A DNA stretch of 64,000 bases from Cenococcum geophilum (Eukaryota): the NCBI GenBank assembly GCA_050273025.1, contig CP158636.1, positions 4,030,001 to 4,094,000 on the forward strand, written 5' to 3'. Every line of letters begins with the position of its first letter. Within the stretch, counting starts at the first letter, position 1. The translations under genes and the position numbers were made by a program. Under the pieces are notes generated by a model, which had not been told where the DNA came from, ran no database searches, and saw only the letters and a list, made by a program, of their open reading frames with translations. Positions 63,650 through 64,000 of the stretch are shown here, in pieces.

Positions 63650-64000
63650 TGTCTGTATAAGTAAAGGTTACGTAGTCATGTCTCTGATTAGTCATCCTTA
63701 CGGTGACTTATCAGCCCCCTATTTAGGCGCCGCGATCCTTACGATCCTCTGCGAAAGATATGAATAAATTAAAGAACCTATTACCTTATATTGCAATTAC
63801 AGTACCCCTGGGTGATACCGACACTAATTAGTTGATATCACAGATTAGCCAGGTGTTATTACGAAGAGAGGTACTACGCGATCGCTCCTACTAAGGCCCG
63901 TCGACCACGTTGTGTTTGCTAAGGAGAACCCTTCCTATATAGGCCCTGGGAACTCAAAGAACCGACTCCTCCAAGGCTTTGTTCGGTTCGCGTCTATTAC
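63650..64000 (+). mobile_element. 5' LTR (about 63650-63823) and leader of another LTR element, probably copia
   Basis: An abrupt break in the gypsy integrase. A TGTC...GACA unit of about 174 bp is followed by CTAATTAGTTGA, similar to the CTGATTAGTGGTTGA after the 5' LTR of the 56146 copia. The partner LTR is outside the window. Confidence 0.65.

Noticed and set aside
7653..64000. Alternative genetic code (read-through of TAA/TAG) to explain the stop-riddled long frames
   Set aside because: Stops fall where CAA/CAG/TGG codons are expected, come with many other C->T/G->A changes, and differ between copies. This is the RIP pattern, and the MFS gene uses the standard code.
800..64000. Starship/giant cargo element
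   Set aside because: No DUF3435 tyrosine-recombinase captain or cargo genes were recognised. Nested conventional TEs explain the region.

Overview
This is filamentous ascomycete (Pezizomycotina-type) DNA at the edge of a large, AT-rich transposon graveyard. The repeats carry the RIP signature (CpA->TpA, TpG->TpA), so almost all coding sequence must be read through stops. The only gene that looks intact is the 5' part of an MCT/Mch-type MFS transporter at the left edge (- strand). A divergently oriented Zn2Cys6 transcription-factor pseudogene sits about 6 kb away, and the interval between them is filled with piggyBac-, pogo/Fot1- and Mutator-like relics and a non-autonomous Helitron. From about 7.6 kb onward the window is a nest of elements. 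First is a 13.5-kb non-canonical (Helitron2/HLE2-type) Rep/PIF1 Helitron with asymmetric TIRs, which carries a deleted copia element. Next is an old gypsy element that hosts three copies of a chromovirus family, a full copia element and an unclassified TIR element. Inside that TIR element is a 6.4-kb AcademH-like transposon: a DUF6589-like transposase plus a convergent RecQ-like helicase, flanked by an 11-bp direct repeat and studded with an ATATCCG motif. All calls come from manual reading and mental de-RIP translation; no database searches were run.
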